A DNA stretch of 64,000 bases from a virus. A model generated the notes under the pieces. It saw only the letters and a list, made by a program, of their open reading frames with translations. It ran no database searches and was not told where the DNA came from. Position numbers and translations under genes: made by a program. The DNA lies in IMG/VR virus record IMGVR_UViG_3300033153_006744, positions 26,495 through 90,494 of that record, one strand, 5' to 3'. The stretch's first letter is position 1. The number at the start of each line of letters is the position of its first letter. Shown piece by piece: positions 47,129 through 56,282 of this stretch.

Positions 47129-48826
47129 TTAATCTTTTCCAACATAGAAAATGTTAATATCTGCAAGCCCAACTTCAGGATCAAAATAAAATTCCTTATA
47201 TACACCAAACCCCAATTGAGAAAAAGCATCTACTAAATCTTTCTTACCGTCTTTTGTTGTGCCTGTAAATGACTCTAATTGCTTAACTAATGCTTTCTTT
47301 GTGTAATGTCTTTTGGTTCCAAAGTCTACACCATTTTCATAAAGCATGTCACTCATAAATACTATTCTTTTTTGATACATTAGAGGTGAAACATATTTTA
47401 ATCTCACCTTCTTTTCTTTTAGTGGCTTCATTTTAATAAAGTTAATTGGCAATTTATCAGTATCTAAGCTTTTAAAATAATCAACTAAAGATGTTTGATA
47501 ACCTGTGCTTTCTACAAATACAGCTTGACAATGTCCCTTAAGCTGCCTGAAATCTCTTTTAATTAAGTTAACCTGCTCTGGCATACTTGCAGTCATGGAA
47601 TACGCATCGTATATGTATAGCGTTCTATCTATCATGTTGTAAAAGCCCTTTACGCAACCGAAATGATCACTATCTGGTCTATTTTCATTAGCTAAATCAT
47701 AGCTTAGGAAAAATCTTAAATCTTCATTTTGACTTATTACTTCTATATCTTTCAAATCAACATAATTAATCGCAGTTGGTCTTAATATCTTTTCTCCATC
47801 TGATATAGTTCTTAATTTATATCCTCTGTCAAATTCAACTGGATCATTCTCAAATTTTTGTTTGAATATTTTTCTTGTCCATTTCGGGTACCAAATTGGC
47901 TTTAAATCATCTTCAATGTTGTACACAACAGTGTGGTAATCGCTTCTTTGAGATATTTCAGAACTTAAGTCTTGCTCACTCCATGGTGTAGCAATATATA
48001 CAACTTTTCCAGCCGTGGCAGTAATGTGTTCCCAGTCTGCGTTCCAAGCTTTTTTTACTGTAGTTATATAAGAAGGTGATTGCAGGGCATTTTTAAACCC
48101 AACTATATCATCTACCATTACCCATGATGCACGCCCTCCAGTGTTTGAGCCAAGTACTGAACATGCCTCTAATGTTGGCTCCTTATTAATTACCTCTCTT
48201 ACAATCTCAAGACTCTTGGTAGACCAATTGCCCTTGCTTGGTTTTATGTGTGGAAATATGAGTCTAAACCTATGGTTTCTTTCTATGGTTTGCATAACAT
48301 ACCTAGATCTTTTTACACTATCCTCCCCTGTTGCTGTTACAAATTTAGCTAACAAGTTTATATCATGTCCTAATTCAAATAAAAATCTAGGCAGTATCTG
48401 ACTGGTCTTTGCAGATTCTCTATGAGCCATTATAAACAATCTATTGTAATTTGTAATTAAGTGTTGCCATTCTTTATGAAACCACGCTTGGCATATATTA
48501 TGTGTTGCATCATCTGAAACAAACTCTATGAAAGAATTTACATCTGTCCTAGCGTTGAACTTTAGCATCTCCATTACTCTAAATAAATAATCTTTTAAGC
48601 GATTATCTTTTGGAGCCATAGACAAGTCTATAAACCCACCTTGAAATGTAAACAGTGAGCTTTTGGTGTATTGAAATCTACTAGAAACATCATCAGGGTG
48701 TGGCACTGGAGGAATTAGGTAATATTTTTCTATATTCCAGTTCTTTTGAAGCTCATTCCATATTTCATTTACAGAATGATATCTGTAATCTTGCATTAGA
48801 TTATGTATTACTGATACTAGGTGCAA
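47129..48826 (-). CDS. Terminase large subunit
   Basis: Walker A-like 'HRESAKTS', 'TGGRASWVMVDD' Walker B, 'ATPWSEQDL', nuclease 'SYDLA', 'VESTGYQ', 'KDLVDAFSQ'. Confidence 0.92.
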   Translation of the reverse strand: MHLVSVIHNLMQDYRYHSVNEIWNELQKNWNIEKYYLIPPVPHPDDVSSRFQYTKSSLFTFQGGFIDLSMAPKDNRLKDYLFRVMEMLKFNARTDVNSFIEFVSDDATHNICQAWFHKEWQHLITNYNRLFIMAHRESAKTSQILPRFLFELGHDINLLAKFVTATGEDSVKRSRYVMQTIERNHRFRLIFPHIKPSKGNWSTKSLEIVREVINKEPTLEACSVLGSNTGGRASWVMVDDIVGFKNALQSPSYITTVKKAWNADWEHITATAGKVVYIATPWSEQDLSSEISQRSDYHTVVYNIEDDLKPIWYPKWTRKIFKQKFENDPVEFDRGYKLRTISDGEKILRPTAINYVDLKDIEVISQNEDLRFFLSYDLANENRPDSDHFGCVKGFYNMIDRTLYIYDAYSMTASMPEQVNLIKRDFRQLKGHCQAVFVESTGYQTSLVDYFKSLDTDKLPINFIKMKPLKEKKVRLKYVSPLMYQKRIVFMSDMLYENGVDFGTKRHYTKKALVKQLESFTGTTKDGKKDLVDAFSQLGFGVYKEFYFDPEVGLADINIFYVGKD

Positions 48827-48847
48827 ATTAATCCTTAAGGTAAACCC

Positions 48848-49150
48848 TTATTTAAGATATCTTACTGATTGCGATAATTGTGACAATGAATTATTTATTC
48901 TTGATAAACCTTCAAGAATCTTTTTATTTTGCTCATTGTCGTTATTCATAACATCTTCTAAGGACTTCTGTTCTTGCGGCCTTATTACGGCATAAATATT
49001 ATCTAGGGCCTCTTTGGCTAATTCTGCTGTTTTAAAGCCTATTTCAGCAACAAGACCATTGCTTTTTTCAATTTTTATTTTCTCGTTTTCTTGCCTAATT
49101 GAATCAACTCTATCAAGGTTTACGATTGTGTTATCAAATCTTATAAACAT
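48848..49150 (-). CDS. Hypothetical protein ('iNLd' paralog family)
   Basis: AAGGAG RBS; 'IVNLDRVDSI'. Confidence 0.6.
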   Translation of the reverse strand: MFIRFDNTIVNLDRVDSIRQENEKIKIEKSNGLVAEIGFKTAELAKEALDNIYAVIRPQEQKSLEDVMNNDNEQNKKILEGLSRINNSLSQLSQSVRYLK

Positions 49151-49160
49151 GTTAATCTCC

Positions 49161-49880
49161 TTAGTTTAATCTTTTCAAATCTAATATAGGTGATTTCCCA
49201 ACCATGTCACCAAAGAACTCTAATTTCTTTTTAATAATTCTATATATGTCTTTGTAGCTTAAGTTGTCATTCATTCCATCTTTTAATGCTTTTTCAACTA
49301 TTCCATTTGCTACCTTTAAATATGACAATTGAATGTGATTCAAAAGATCTCTTATGTTTTCATATTTTTGCTCGATAAAAAAAAGAGCCTTATATTCTGC
49401 CTTGGTTATATTGGAATAATAAAATTTTGCATTCTTTGAGCCTTGCTTAGTTGCATATTCTACGAATTTTTTTATTACATTAGTTTCTAGTAATCTGGTT
49501 TCTTTTGTTTCTTGTCTTGTTTGGAGCCAGTATGTATTGTTTTGATTAGATGCAAATCTTATAATCATTTTCCTAGCATTAGAGAAAGCCTTTATTAAGT
49601 TAACTTTAGCTTGTTTAACTTTTTCATTGTTTCGGTAAAATGTTAAAAGTAAATATGCTTGATCCTCGTTTAATTCATAAATCTTATATTGTTGCCCTGA
49701 AGACTCGGTTCTAAACCGAGCCTTTAGTTTTCCTATTTGCTCAAAATATTGCCTATTGTCTTCTATTAATTCGTTTGTATTTAAACGATCTTTTCCTAAC
49801 TCAAGTGCCACTACCTCTGAACTAACGCGGGCTTCTTCTTTTTTTTTGTTAATTGTAACTAAATCTTTTTCTTTAGACAT
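49161..49880 (-). CDS. Rha family phage regulatory protein
   Basis: 'VSSEVVALELG', 'YELNEDQAYLLLTFYRNNEKVKQAKVNLIKAF'. Confidence 0.8.
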   Translation of the reverse strand: MSKEKDLVTINKKKEEARVSSEVVALELGKDRLNTNELIEDNRQYFEQIGKLKARFRTESSGQQYKIYELNEDQAYLLLTFYRNNEKVKQAKVNLIKAFSNARKMIIRFASNQNNTYWLQTRQETKETRLLETNVIKKFVEYATKQGSKNAKFYYSNITKAEYKALFFIEQKYENIRDLLNHIQLSYLKVANGIVEKALKDGMNDNLSYKDIYRIIKKKLEFFGDMVGKSPILDLKRLN

Positions 49881-49976
49881 AACTGCTCCCTCCCTATTGT
49901 AAGAATAAACACTCTCACAATCCTGATCAGGGAAGGAGAGCTACATCATTATATAGGTGTTTTGGTGTAATGTCAA
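49881..49976 (-). promoter_or_regulatory. Rha promoter (TTGACA-17-TATAAT) and structured SD-sequestering leader
   Basis: Perfect consensus boxes; CCTTCCCT pairs with AGGGAGGG; inner stem ATTGTGAGAGT/ATTCTTACAAT. Confidence 0.7.
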
Positions 49977-50010
49977 GGATTATAGTTAGTTATTTTGTGA
50001 GTTTCGTTGC

Positions 50011-50193
50011 TTAAAACGACAAAACTTCTTCTAATTTTTCAAACTCAGTATCTCTTTCTGCTTGTGTGGCAAACTCTTTGATAAGCGATGTAGCTATGTC
50101 AACGATGAATCCTATTTTTAAAGATTCAATTTTTGCTATTGTAGTAATAGAGTTTAAGTTAAGCAATTCACCTTCTTTTATTTTGTAAATCAT
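50011..50193 (-). CDS. Hypothetical protein ('iNLd' paralog family)
   Basis: 'LLNLNSITTI...FATQAERDTEF'. Confidence 0.55.
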   Translation of the reverse strand: MIYKIKEGELLNLNSITTIAKIESLKIGFIVDIATSLIKEFATQAERDTEFEKLEEVLSF

Positions 50194-50404
50194 TTTCTAG
50201 CTCAAAACGACCAAGATTAAGTGCAACTTTTCTTCCATAATAGTCATTTATTATTGCGTGGCATTTGTCAAAATAATCAAGATTTAAAAGTGAACTTTTC
50301 TTAATGTATATAATTGCTTTTTCCCATGTTTCAATTTCTATAAAGTTCTTGTTCATTATTGCCTCCTTAATAATATTTTTCTTCTTCAGCATCAATGTCA
50401 ACAA
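50168..50404 (-). CDS. Hypothetical protein
   Basis: ORF track; probable start at the internal MNKNF after AAGGAGG. Confidence 0.45.
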   Translation of the reverse strand: MLTLMLKKKNIIKEAIMNKNFIEIETWEKAIIYIKKSSLLNLDYFDKCHAIINDYYGRKVALNLGRFELENDLQNKRR

Positions 50405-51242
50405 AGTTTGATCTTATCAATTCTGTGTAAACATCATTGAATACCCTTAGTTTTCTTTTAAGAATGTAGTATTTTTGATGTTCTCTTTTTAGTTCGTCGT
50501 TTTGCTTGCCTAGCTCATCATGTTGGCGAATTAATACGTTGTGGCTTTTAAATTCTTCCATTAACTTATTGCCAAGCAAGATGTTTTCTTTCTTCAACTC
50601 CTCATTCTCTTTCAAAACTTTATCCAACCTTTCCTTTTGAGATATAACCAAAGATTCCCTAAACTTATTATATGTTATTGTATTATTAGCATCATCTTCA
50701 ATCTTCTTTGCTAATTCATTTTTCTTTTTTATTAATGCTTCTATTGTTAATGTTAGATTTAAGTTTTTAGATGTTATGGACTCTACTTCTTTTTTTAATT
50801 TATTAACATTATTGGCGTTTTCTTTTTCTAACATTGCACTTATTTCTTTTCGTATTTTATTTAACCTTTCATTGTTCATTACTATGTCTATATCGTCTAG
50901 GTTAGAAGTTGGGACATCTGATCCATCTACATATGCTTTGAGTGCATTGCCTGCCTTTACGCTCTCTTCCTGCTCTTTTTGCTCTTCAACTTCTTTAGCA
51001 TATTCATTTAAATCTTTTAATGCTGACTTATATCCATCTTCCGTGATCTCATATGGGGTGTCATACATTTTGCTTGTATTAGAATTAAAGTCAACAAAAT
51101 TGCATGCAACCTCAAGTCTAATAAAATCACATATATGAAAACATAAATCATTGGTGTCCATTATCTTCAACCCCAAATCCCTAAACCTCTTATGCTTAAG
51201 TATATTCAAGCACTTATCTTTAATAGTTAATTTCTCGCTCAT
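50367..51242 (-). CDS. Hypothetical coiled-coil protein
   Basis: GAGGAGG RBS; long heptad C-terminus. Confidence 0.6.
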   Translation of the reverse strand: MSEKLTIKDKCLNILKHKRFRDLGLKIMDTNDLCFHICDFIRLEVACNFVDFNSNTSKMYDTPYEITEDGYKSALKDLNEYAKEVEEQKEQEESVKAGNALKAYVDGSDVPTSNLDDIDIVMNNERLNKIRKEISAMLEKENANNVNKLKKEVESITSKNLNLTLTIEALIKKKNELAKKIEDDANNTITYNKFRESLVISQKERLDKVLKENEELKKENILLGNKLMEEFKSHNVLIRQHDELGKQNDELKREHQKYYILKRKLRVFNDVYTELIRSNFVDIDAEEEKYY

Positions 51243-51421
51243 TTTACCTCCTCATTCTTTATGTAAGCACCCTTAACGCACTTTCTACAATAAACTATAC
51301 TGCAAAACAAAGGGTCATACATAATTGCACACGCTTTACATATATAAGACTTGCAACGTTCACATTCAAACAATTGCACTGATTTTATTTTACACATAGC
51401 ACACTCTTGCATTTCACTCAT
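51239..51421 (-). CDS. Small Zn-finger protein (4 x CxxC)
   Basis: CAMC, CERC, CKAC, CRKC. Confidence 0.6.
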   Translation of the reverse strand: MSEMQECAMCKIKSVQLFECERCKSYICKACAIMYDPLFCSIVYCRKCVKGAYIKNEEVK

Positions 51422-51669
51422 TTGCCAACCCCCGCATAAAGTAAGTCAAATTCACCCGCCACAACTACACTGTTCTCATTCTTCTTAAACAACACAACAT
51501 CTATTTTATTTAACTCTTGATCTCTTTCTTCACTGTCCTTAAACAATAGATGAAATGGATTATCTCCTGAAAAATTTATGCCATGTTCTCCAGACATCTT
51601 GCATTCGGTAACCTTGCTGTATTTATCTAAATTAATTCTTTGTTGTTTTATTTTTATCCAGTTTGCCAT
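51418..51669 (-). CDS. Hypothetical protein ('iNLd' paralog family)
   Basis: 'RINLDKYSKV...FKDSEERDQEL'; AAGGAG RBS. Confidence 0.6.
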   Translation of the reverse strand: MANWIKIKQQRINLDKYSKVTECKMSGEHGINFSGDNPFHLLFKDSEERDQELNKIDVVLFKKNENSVVVAGEFDLLYAGVGK

Positions 51670-51859
51670 GTTGCTCCTTTATTGTTTTTCTTAAATGATT
51701 ATTATCTAACTCCGTCATTTCAATTAATTTTGCTTGTTGTCTTATTAAGTCATCTTTTGCCTTTAAGAGCTTTCCATGACAAACATAAGCAAATGTAGTA
51801 ACAGCGGTAAAAACAGACATTTGCAGCAACACGAGTAAGCTCAACATATGTGACATCAT
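51632..51859 (-). CDS. Small membrane protein
   Basis: N-terminal hydrophobic helix followed by a coiled coil. Confidence 0.5.
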   Translation of the reverse strand: MMSHMLSLLVLLQMSVFTAVTTFAYVCHGKLLKAKDDLIRQQAKLIEMTELDNNHLRKTIKEQHGKLDKNKTTKN

Positions 51860-51868
51860 ATTGTTCCT

Positions 51869-52522
51869 TTATTTTTCTAGTCTTTTTAATGCGTTTGTAA
51901 TTTTTTCCCTTAAAGCTTCACGTAGAAACTTCTTGTTGTCTGCATCTAGTTTAAGATTTTCACTCAAATTACTTAGCGTGCTATCTGTAAACAAGAACTC
52001 ATAAACAAGGAGGTCAACAATTGTGCGTTCGCTTGTTATTTTGTTGTAATTTATGTCTAATATAGGCTTCTCTTTATCTTCTTTCTTAGTTGGGAAAAGT
52101 GCGTGGTCTTGTTTGACTTCTTTTTTCTTGCGTTCTTCTTGTGTTGTCCAAACTTCAAAACTAGTTATTTCGTTAGAATAAACAGTTGTTAACATTTTTT
52201 TTACATCAAAGGTTACATAGCCGCCTTGAGTTTTCACTCTTCCCTTATATAAACAATGTTCAGTTATTAAGTAAAGCTTGCCTGTTACTCTGTTTTTTTT
52301 GAATAATATTCCATTTTGTGTAACGCCAACAAGATACACGCTATCAATTTTGTTTATCAAATCACCCTCAAACACTCTATCGCTTTTTAAGTGTTCTTTT
52401 GCACATCCACATTCCTTAAAAAAGCTTAGTGCATATTCAGTTTCGTTACTCTTTAAGTCATACTCTTTCACTTGTTCCATCATCTCTTCTTTCGTAACAG
52501 TTTTAACTATAAATTTAGCCAT
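51869..52522 (-). CDS. Hypothetical protein
   Basis: AAGGAGG RBS before ATG 52522. Confidence 0.6.
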   Translation of the reverse strand: MAKFIVKTVTKEEMMEQVKEYDLKSNETEYALSFFKECGCAKEHLKSDRVFEGDLINKIDSVYLVGVTQNGILFKKNRVTGKLYLITEHCLYKGRVKTQGGYVTFDVKKMLTTVYSNEITSFEVWTTQEERKKKEVKQDHALFPTKKEDKEKPILDINYNKITSERTIVDLLVYEFLFTDSTLSNLSENLKLDADNKKFLREALREKITNALKRLEK

Positions 52523-52545
52523 TTTTACCTCCTTTGGTTTGTTAA

Positions 52546-52788
52546 TTAAAAATAACAATTGTCACACAATATACCAGGACCAGTGGCTCCATTTCCTCTA
52601 CCCCAACATCCATAACCCATTCTTGGGTCGAACTCTTCTTCATTCATGCAATACTCACAGGCTCTTGAGTCACAGTCATCGCAAGTCCCTTCAGCCCTAA
52701 AGTCTCTGCAAACTTGACATAGGTCTGGGTCTATGGTTAGCAACTCTAAAAATTTTGCTGTTAATCTATAATATGGTTCAAAATTCAC
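52546..52788 (-). CDS. Cys-rich small protein
   Basis: CQVC, CDDC, CEYC, CDNC; GTG start with AAGGAGG RBS. Confidence 0.6.
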   Translation of the reverse strand: MNFEPYYRLTAKFLELLTIDPDLCQVCRDFRAEGTCDDCDSRACEYCMNEEEFDPRMGYGCWGRGNGATGPGILCDNCYF

Positions 52789-52805
52789 ATTACCTCCTTA
52801 AATTA

Positions 52806-52858
52806 AGTTACACCTTTTGTAACTACATAACCATAACATATTTCAAACCTAATGTCAA
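52806..52858 (-). promoter_or_regulatory. Promoter + leader stem-loop cassette 4 (TTGACA-17-TATGGT, extended TG)
   Basis: Hairpin AGTTACA-AAAGG-TGTAACT. Confidence 0.75.
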
Positions 52859-52975
52859 GCATTATTTATCTTTAAAATTAAATAAAGTGAGCTCTTTGCA
52901 TCTCTTTGATGTAAAAATACGCATTATAAAGCATTTAATAAATATAAGTATGTTCATTTTGTCTCCTTGTTAATA

Positions 52976-53461
52976 TCATCCGTTTTTATTTAATTCCCAA
53001 CATTCCATATAAGTTTCTTCATTCCAGCAAATCTTTTCTTTATTTCCATCATCATGATCACAGTACATTCCATGTATTGTAACGTGTGTACAGTTTCCAC
53101 ATTGCTTTAGTTCTTTAATTCTCTTTAAACCCTCTTCATATTTTACATTAAGGTCATTAATTTTTTCATCAGTTATGTCCCAACCTAAATGAGCTATTAC
53201 ACCATGAACTCCTTCTTCTTTCATGTCCTCTGGTAAATCAAGAAAACAACATAAAAACATTTCTATAAATTGCATTCTTAGCAAAAGTTCGCTTGAGTTT
53301 TTTAGAAAATATCCCCTATGGCTGCCATTGCCACCATCAAAATCAGCTACATAGCAATTATTACGCTCTGTCATGAAATTAACCTTACAATAATCATAAA
53401 AAAAGTTTATCTTTTCTAGCCTCTCTAATGTATTTTTAATAAATTGTGAATTATCTGTCAT
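52976..53461 (-). CDS. Hypothetical protein with CxNCxH module
   Basis: 'LKQCGNCTH...C...C...CW'. Confidence 0.6.
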   Translation of the reverse strand: MTDNSQFIKNTLERLEKINFFYDYCKVNFMTERNNCYVADFDGGNGSHRGYFLKNSSELLLRMQFIEMFLCCFLDLPEDMKEEGVHGVIAHLGWDITDEKINDLNVKYEEGLKRIKELKQCGNCTHVTIHGMYCDHDDGNKEKICWNEETYMECWELNKNG

Positions 53462-53817
53462 TTTACCTCCCCGTTAAATTCCTTATAAAACCTTTCCCAG
53501 TGATCTAAACAATCATTATTGCAAAAAGACATAAGTCTCCAGCCAACAGCTGACTTTCCTGTCAGATTTTTTGAACAACAAGGACAATATTTTGTGTCTA
53601 GCCTTTTGTTTTTCCTTTCAATTCTTTCTTTAAGTTCTTTGTTTTCTTGCTTTAAAAGTTTAATTTCTTCTTTATATTCTTCTTCAAACTTTCTCTCCCA
53701 TGTTCCATGTTCAAAAAAATAATGTTCTCTTTTAGGTGTTATTATTGTAATTGTTTTAATGTCATGTTTTTCATTAACTGTTACCATGTTATTCCCCTTA
53801 GTTTCCAGTTTTTGCAA
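53458..53817 (-). CDS. Hypothetical protein, coiled coil + Cys motif
   Basis: 'CPCC...FCNNDC'. Confidence 0.55.
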   Translation of the reverse strand: MQKLETKGNNMVTVNEKHDIKTITIITPKREHYFFEHGTWERKFEEEYKEEIKLLKQENKELKERIERKNKRLDTKYCPCCSKNLTGKSAVGWRLMSFCNNDCLDHWERFYKEFNGEVK

Positions 53818-54038
53818 CCTTTATGCTTAAATAAAAAGTTGTAAAAGCATGCCGTACCTGTCCATTTTTCGCAAGCAAAACCATCATAATATATTAGGAA
53901 GTTGCAATTATAACAATTTTTCATTAAATCTATCTCTTTACCCTGCTTCTTAACCACCTCGTTAGCCTTATCCAACATTTCCTTAACTTCTTTTGCATCC
54001 TTGATGCTTACGTCTACTTTTATGTTGTCACTCATCAT
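53781..54038 (-). CDS. Hypothetical protein with CxNC module
   Basis: 'MKNCYNCNF...C...C...CKNW'. Confidence 0.6.
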   Translation of the reverse strand: MMSDNIKVDVSIKDAKEVKEMLDKANEVVKKQGKEIDLMKNCYNCNFLIYYDGFACEKWTGTACFYNFLFKHKGCKNWKLRGITW

Positions 54039-54943
54039 TCAACCTCCTTTGGCATTTGTTCAGGCTCAACATCTCCATTTAAATATGCAGCGAAATCATC
54101 CTGAGTTAAGCCTCTTAAATCTTCATAAGATAATGTATCCTCTGCAACTTGATCTAGCATGCTTACTCTAAATTCTCTTATATGCTTATCTAAATCATTA
54201 CATAACAACATAAATTGCTTCCTTAAAGCCATTTCAATACTTAACTTATTTTGTATCTCCTTAAGACTATCTCCATTCTCAAAACGCAATCTCCTTTCTA
54301 AAGATTTCATTCGCTTTTGTATTTTAGTTATTTCGTTTACCCTACTTTTTGCCGTATGTTCTTGTAAGAATACAAACTTATCAAGAACCCTCTCTTCACT
54401 CTTTTTGCCTTGATCTAACACCTCAACTTTGGGTTGTTCAACTTGCAAGTTTTTCTTGCTAGTTGGTTTTTCTTCTGCATCTAAAACTTCAATCTTGGGC
54501 TTATCAACAGGTGCATTAACCTTTATTGCCATTCTTTGTTTTTCAATATCATCGCTTAATTCTTTGGCTTGTTCTTTGATTTCATTTATTTCATTGCTAG
54601 CTTCTTTCTTTTTGATTTCAACAATCTTACTTATTTCCTTGGCTTTCTCAACAATCTTCTTGGTTTTCTTTGCTTCCTCTCTTTCTGCAATCTCCTTTTT
54701 TTCTTCATCTGTCAACTTATCAGCCATTTTCTTTATCTTATCTCTATTTTGATTTAGCCACCTAACAACCGTGGATTTAGGTATCTCTTTTTCAAACTTA
54801 TAGCTTACTTGTCTAGTTATTTGTTTTATTGAAATATTAAGTGATCTTAACCTACATACTTCTTTAATTTGCTTATCCTTTAATTCCTTTTTCTTCTCAT
54901 AAGCATTTTTTCTTGATAAACTTTTATTTTCTTCATGTTCCAT
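54035..54943 (-). CDS. HTH + coiled-coil protein, candidate terminase small subunit
   Basis: N-terminal HTH ('ISIKQITRQV...IPKSTVVRWL'), oligomerisation-like coiled coil, C-terminal 'DLRGLTQDDF'; start refined to ATG 54943 (AGGAG RBS). Confidence 0.5.
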   Translation of the reverse strand: MEHEENKSLSRKNAYEKKKELKDKQIKEVCRLRSLNISIKQITRQVSYKFEKEIPKSTVVRWLNQNRDKIKKMADKLTDEEKKEIAEREEAKKTKKIVEKAKEISKIVEIKKKEASNEINEIKEQAKELSDDIEKQRMAIKVNAPVDKPKIEVLDAEEKPTSKKNLQVEQPKVEVLDQGKKSEERVLDKFVFLQEHTAKSRVNEITKIQKRMKSLERRLRFENGDSLKEIQNKLSIEMALRKQFMLLCNDLDKHIREFRVSMLDQVAEDTLSYEDLRGLTQDDFAAYLNGDVEPEQMPKEVE

Positions 54944-54985
54944 AACAACTCCTAGCTGATTACACACACATAGTTTACCATAGTT

Positions 54986-55067
54986 GGTCCATTTTTGCAA
55001 ATCTAGGGGGTCCATTTTTACAGGGGGGTCCATTTCTGCAAATACAAGGGGTCCATTTTTACAAATC
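54986..55067. repeat. Four short direct repeats, core GGTCCATTT(T/C)T(A/G)CA
   Basis: Copies start at 54986, 55009, 55027 and 55050 (spacing 23/18/23); GC-rich island in AT-rich DNA. Confidence 0.85.
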
Positions 55068-55472
55068 GCTTAAAAGTTCCATTTTATTTTTCTCTATATA
55101 ATCTTTCAACTTACTGATTTTACCCAACAAAACATACTTAAAGTCATCGTGCCTGTGAACATGATAAGGAACACTAAATATTACACTTACAATAGATGTT
55201 TTATTGTTATCATCTAAAACAGGAACAGCACGCATATATTCAAAAGATCTTTCTACATCAAACACACAAGAGCAAAGATAATTTAAACTTATCACTAAAG
55301 ATTTAATTGCTTTAGATTTAACTGCATATATTATTTCATAATCTTTCAGCATCACTAACATCTTAAAAAAGTACTTCTTTTGTTTTTCTGTATAACTTTT
55401 TCCATCTGGTAAATTTCTTAATATTTGTTTTGCTCTTGCTGTTGTTAGTTTTTTCATGTTGTCTCCCTTCAT
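55059..55472 (-). CDS. Hypothetical protein
   Basis: ORF track; GGGAG RBS before MKKLTT. Confidence 0.55.
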   Translation of the reverse strand: MKGDNMKKLTTARAKQILRNLPDGKSYTEKQKKYFFKMLVMLKDYEIIYAVKSKAIKSLVISLNYLCSCVFDVERSFEYMRAVPVLDDNNKTSIVSVIFSVPYHVHRHDDFKYVLLGKISKLKDYIEKNKMELLSDL

Positions 55473-55654
55473 TATTTCTTTGATTTTGACTTTCCTATGT
55501 TTCTTCTTTGTTGTTTTTCCATTTGCCTTAACTCTTCATCACTATAGTTACATCCACTTCCACTTGTAAATCGCATGGTTATTATAACTCCCAATATTAT
55601 TACAGCTATAATAACTAAAACATCGCTTAACTTAATTTTGTTCACCTGGCCTCC

Positions 55655-56005
55655 TTATTTTATTTCCTTAATTATCCCTAATTCTATTGCTTTTTTAAAA
55701 TCATCTACATTAATATCTTCAGCTACTATCTCCCAATCATAAGCAGTTAATCCGTAATATAAATCATTATATATGTCTAACTCCATCTCAGAGTATCCCC
55801 TCCCTTCAATAACCCTTTCTTTCCAACTTTTTTCTTCTAACTCTTCTTTGTCAAAGTAGCACTCATAATCTTCTATCCAATCAAAATCTTGCTCTTTAAA
55901 ATAATCATAAAACTTGCTTTCATTTTCACATATAACATAAGATTCTGTACCTGTTGCTGAGTCTTTTGGCGCATAATGTGTCATTAATATTCTAAATAAA
56001 TTCAT
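55655..56005 (-). CDS. Acidic hypothetical phage protein
   Basis: GGAGG RBS; 'HYAPKDS', 'DLYYGLT'. Confidence 0.6.
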   Translation of the reverse strand: MNLFRILMTHYAPKDSATGTESYVICENESKFYDYFKEQDFDWIEDYECYFDKEELEEKSWKERVIEGRGYSEMELDIYNDLYYGLTAYDWEIVAEDINVDDFKKAIELGIIKEIK

Positions 56006-56272
56006 TTACTCCTCCATATCTAAATATTTTTTAATCTCTTCTTTATCTGATGTCACCTTAAGTTCTATTTTGCCATTTTCAATATAAAAATGATACAAAA
56101 CCCCATCGTCAAGCAATACGTTTGCAAATCCAACTTTCCCCACATAATCTCTCATGATTTGCACAAATAGCTCTCTATTTACCTTTAACAATCTTCTGCT
56201 CCAATTCAGCTTCTTAAGCAAAATTATAACAACCAAGTTTAAAGCTGTATATACAGCAATTAAAATCCACAT
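56006..56272 (-). CDS. Small membrane-anchored protein
   Basis: N-terminal TM helix. Confidence 0.55.
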   Translation of the reverse strand: MWILIAVYTALNLVVIILLKKLNWSRRLLKVNRELFVQIMRDYVGKVGFANVLLDDGVLYHFYIENGKIELKVTSDKEEIKKYLDMEE

Positions 56273-56282
56273 CTCACACCCC

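Noticed and set aside
54986-55067. GGTCCATTT repeats as a mini CRISPR array
   Set aside because: The period is only 18-23 bp, leaving no room for spacers.
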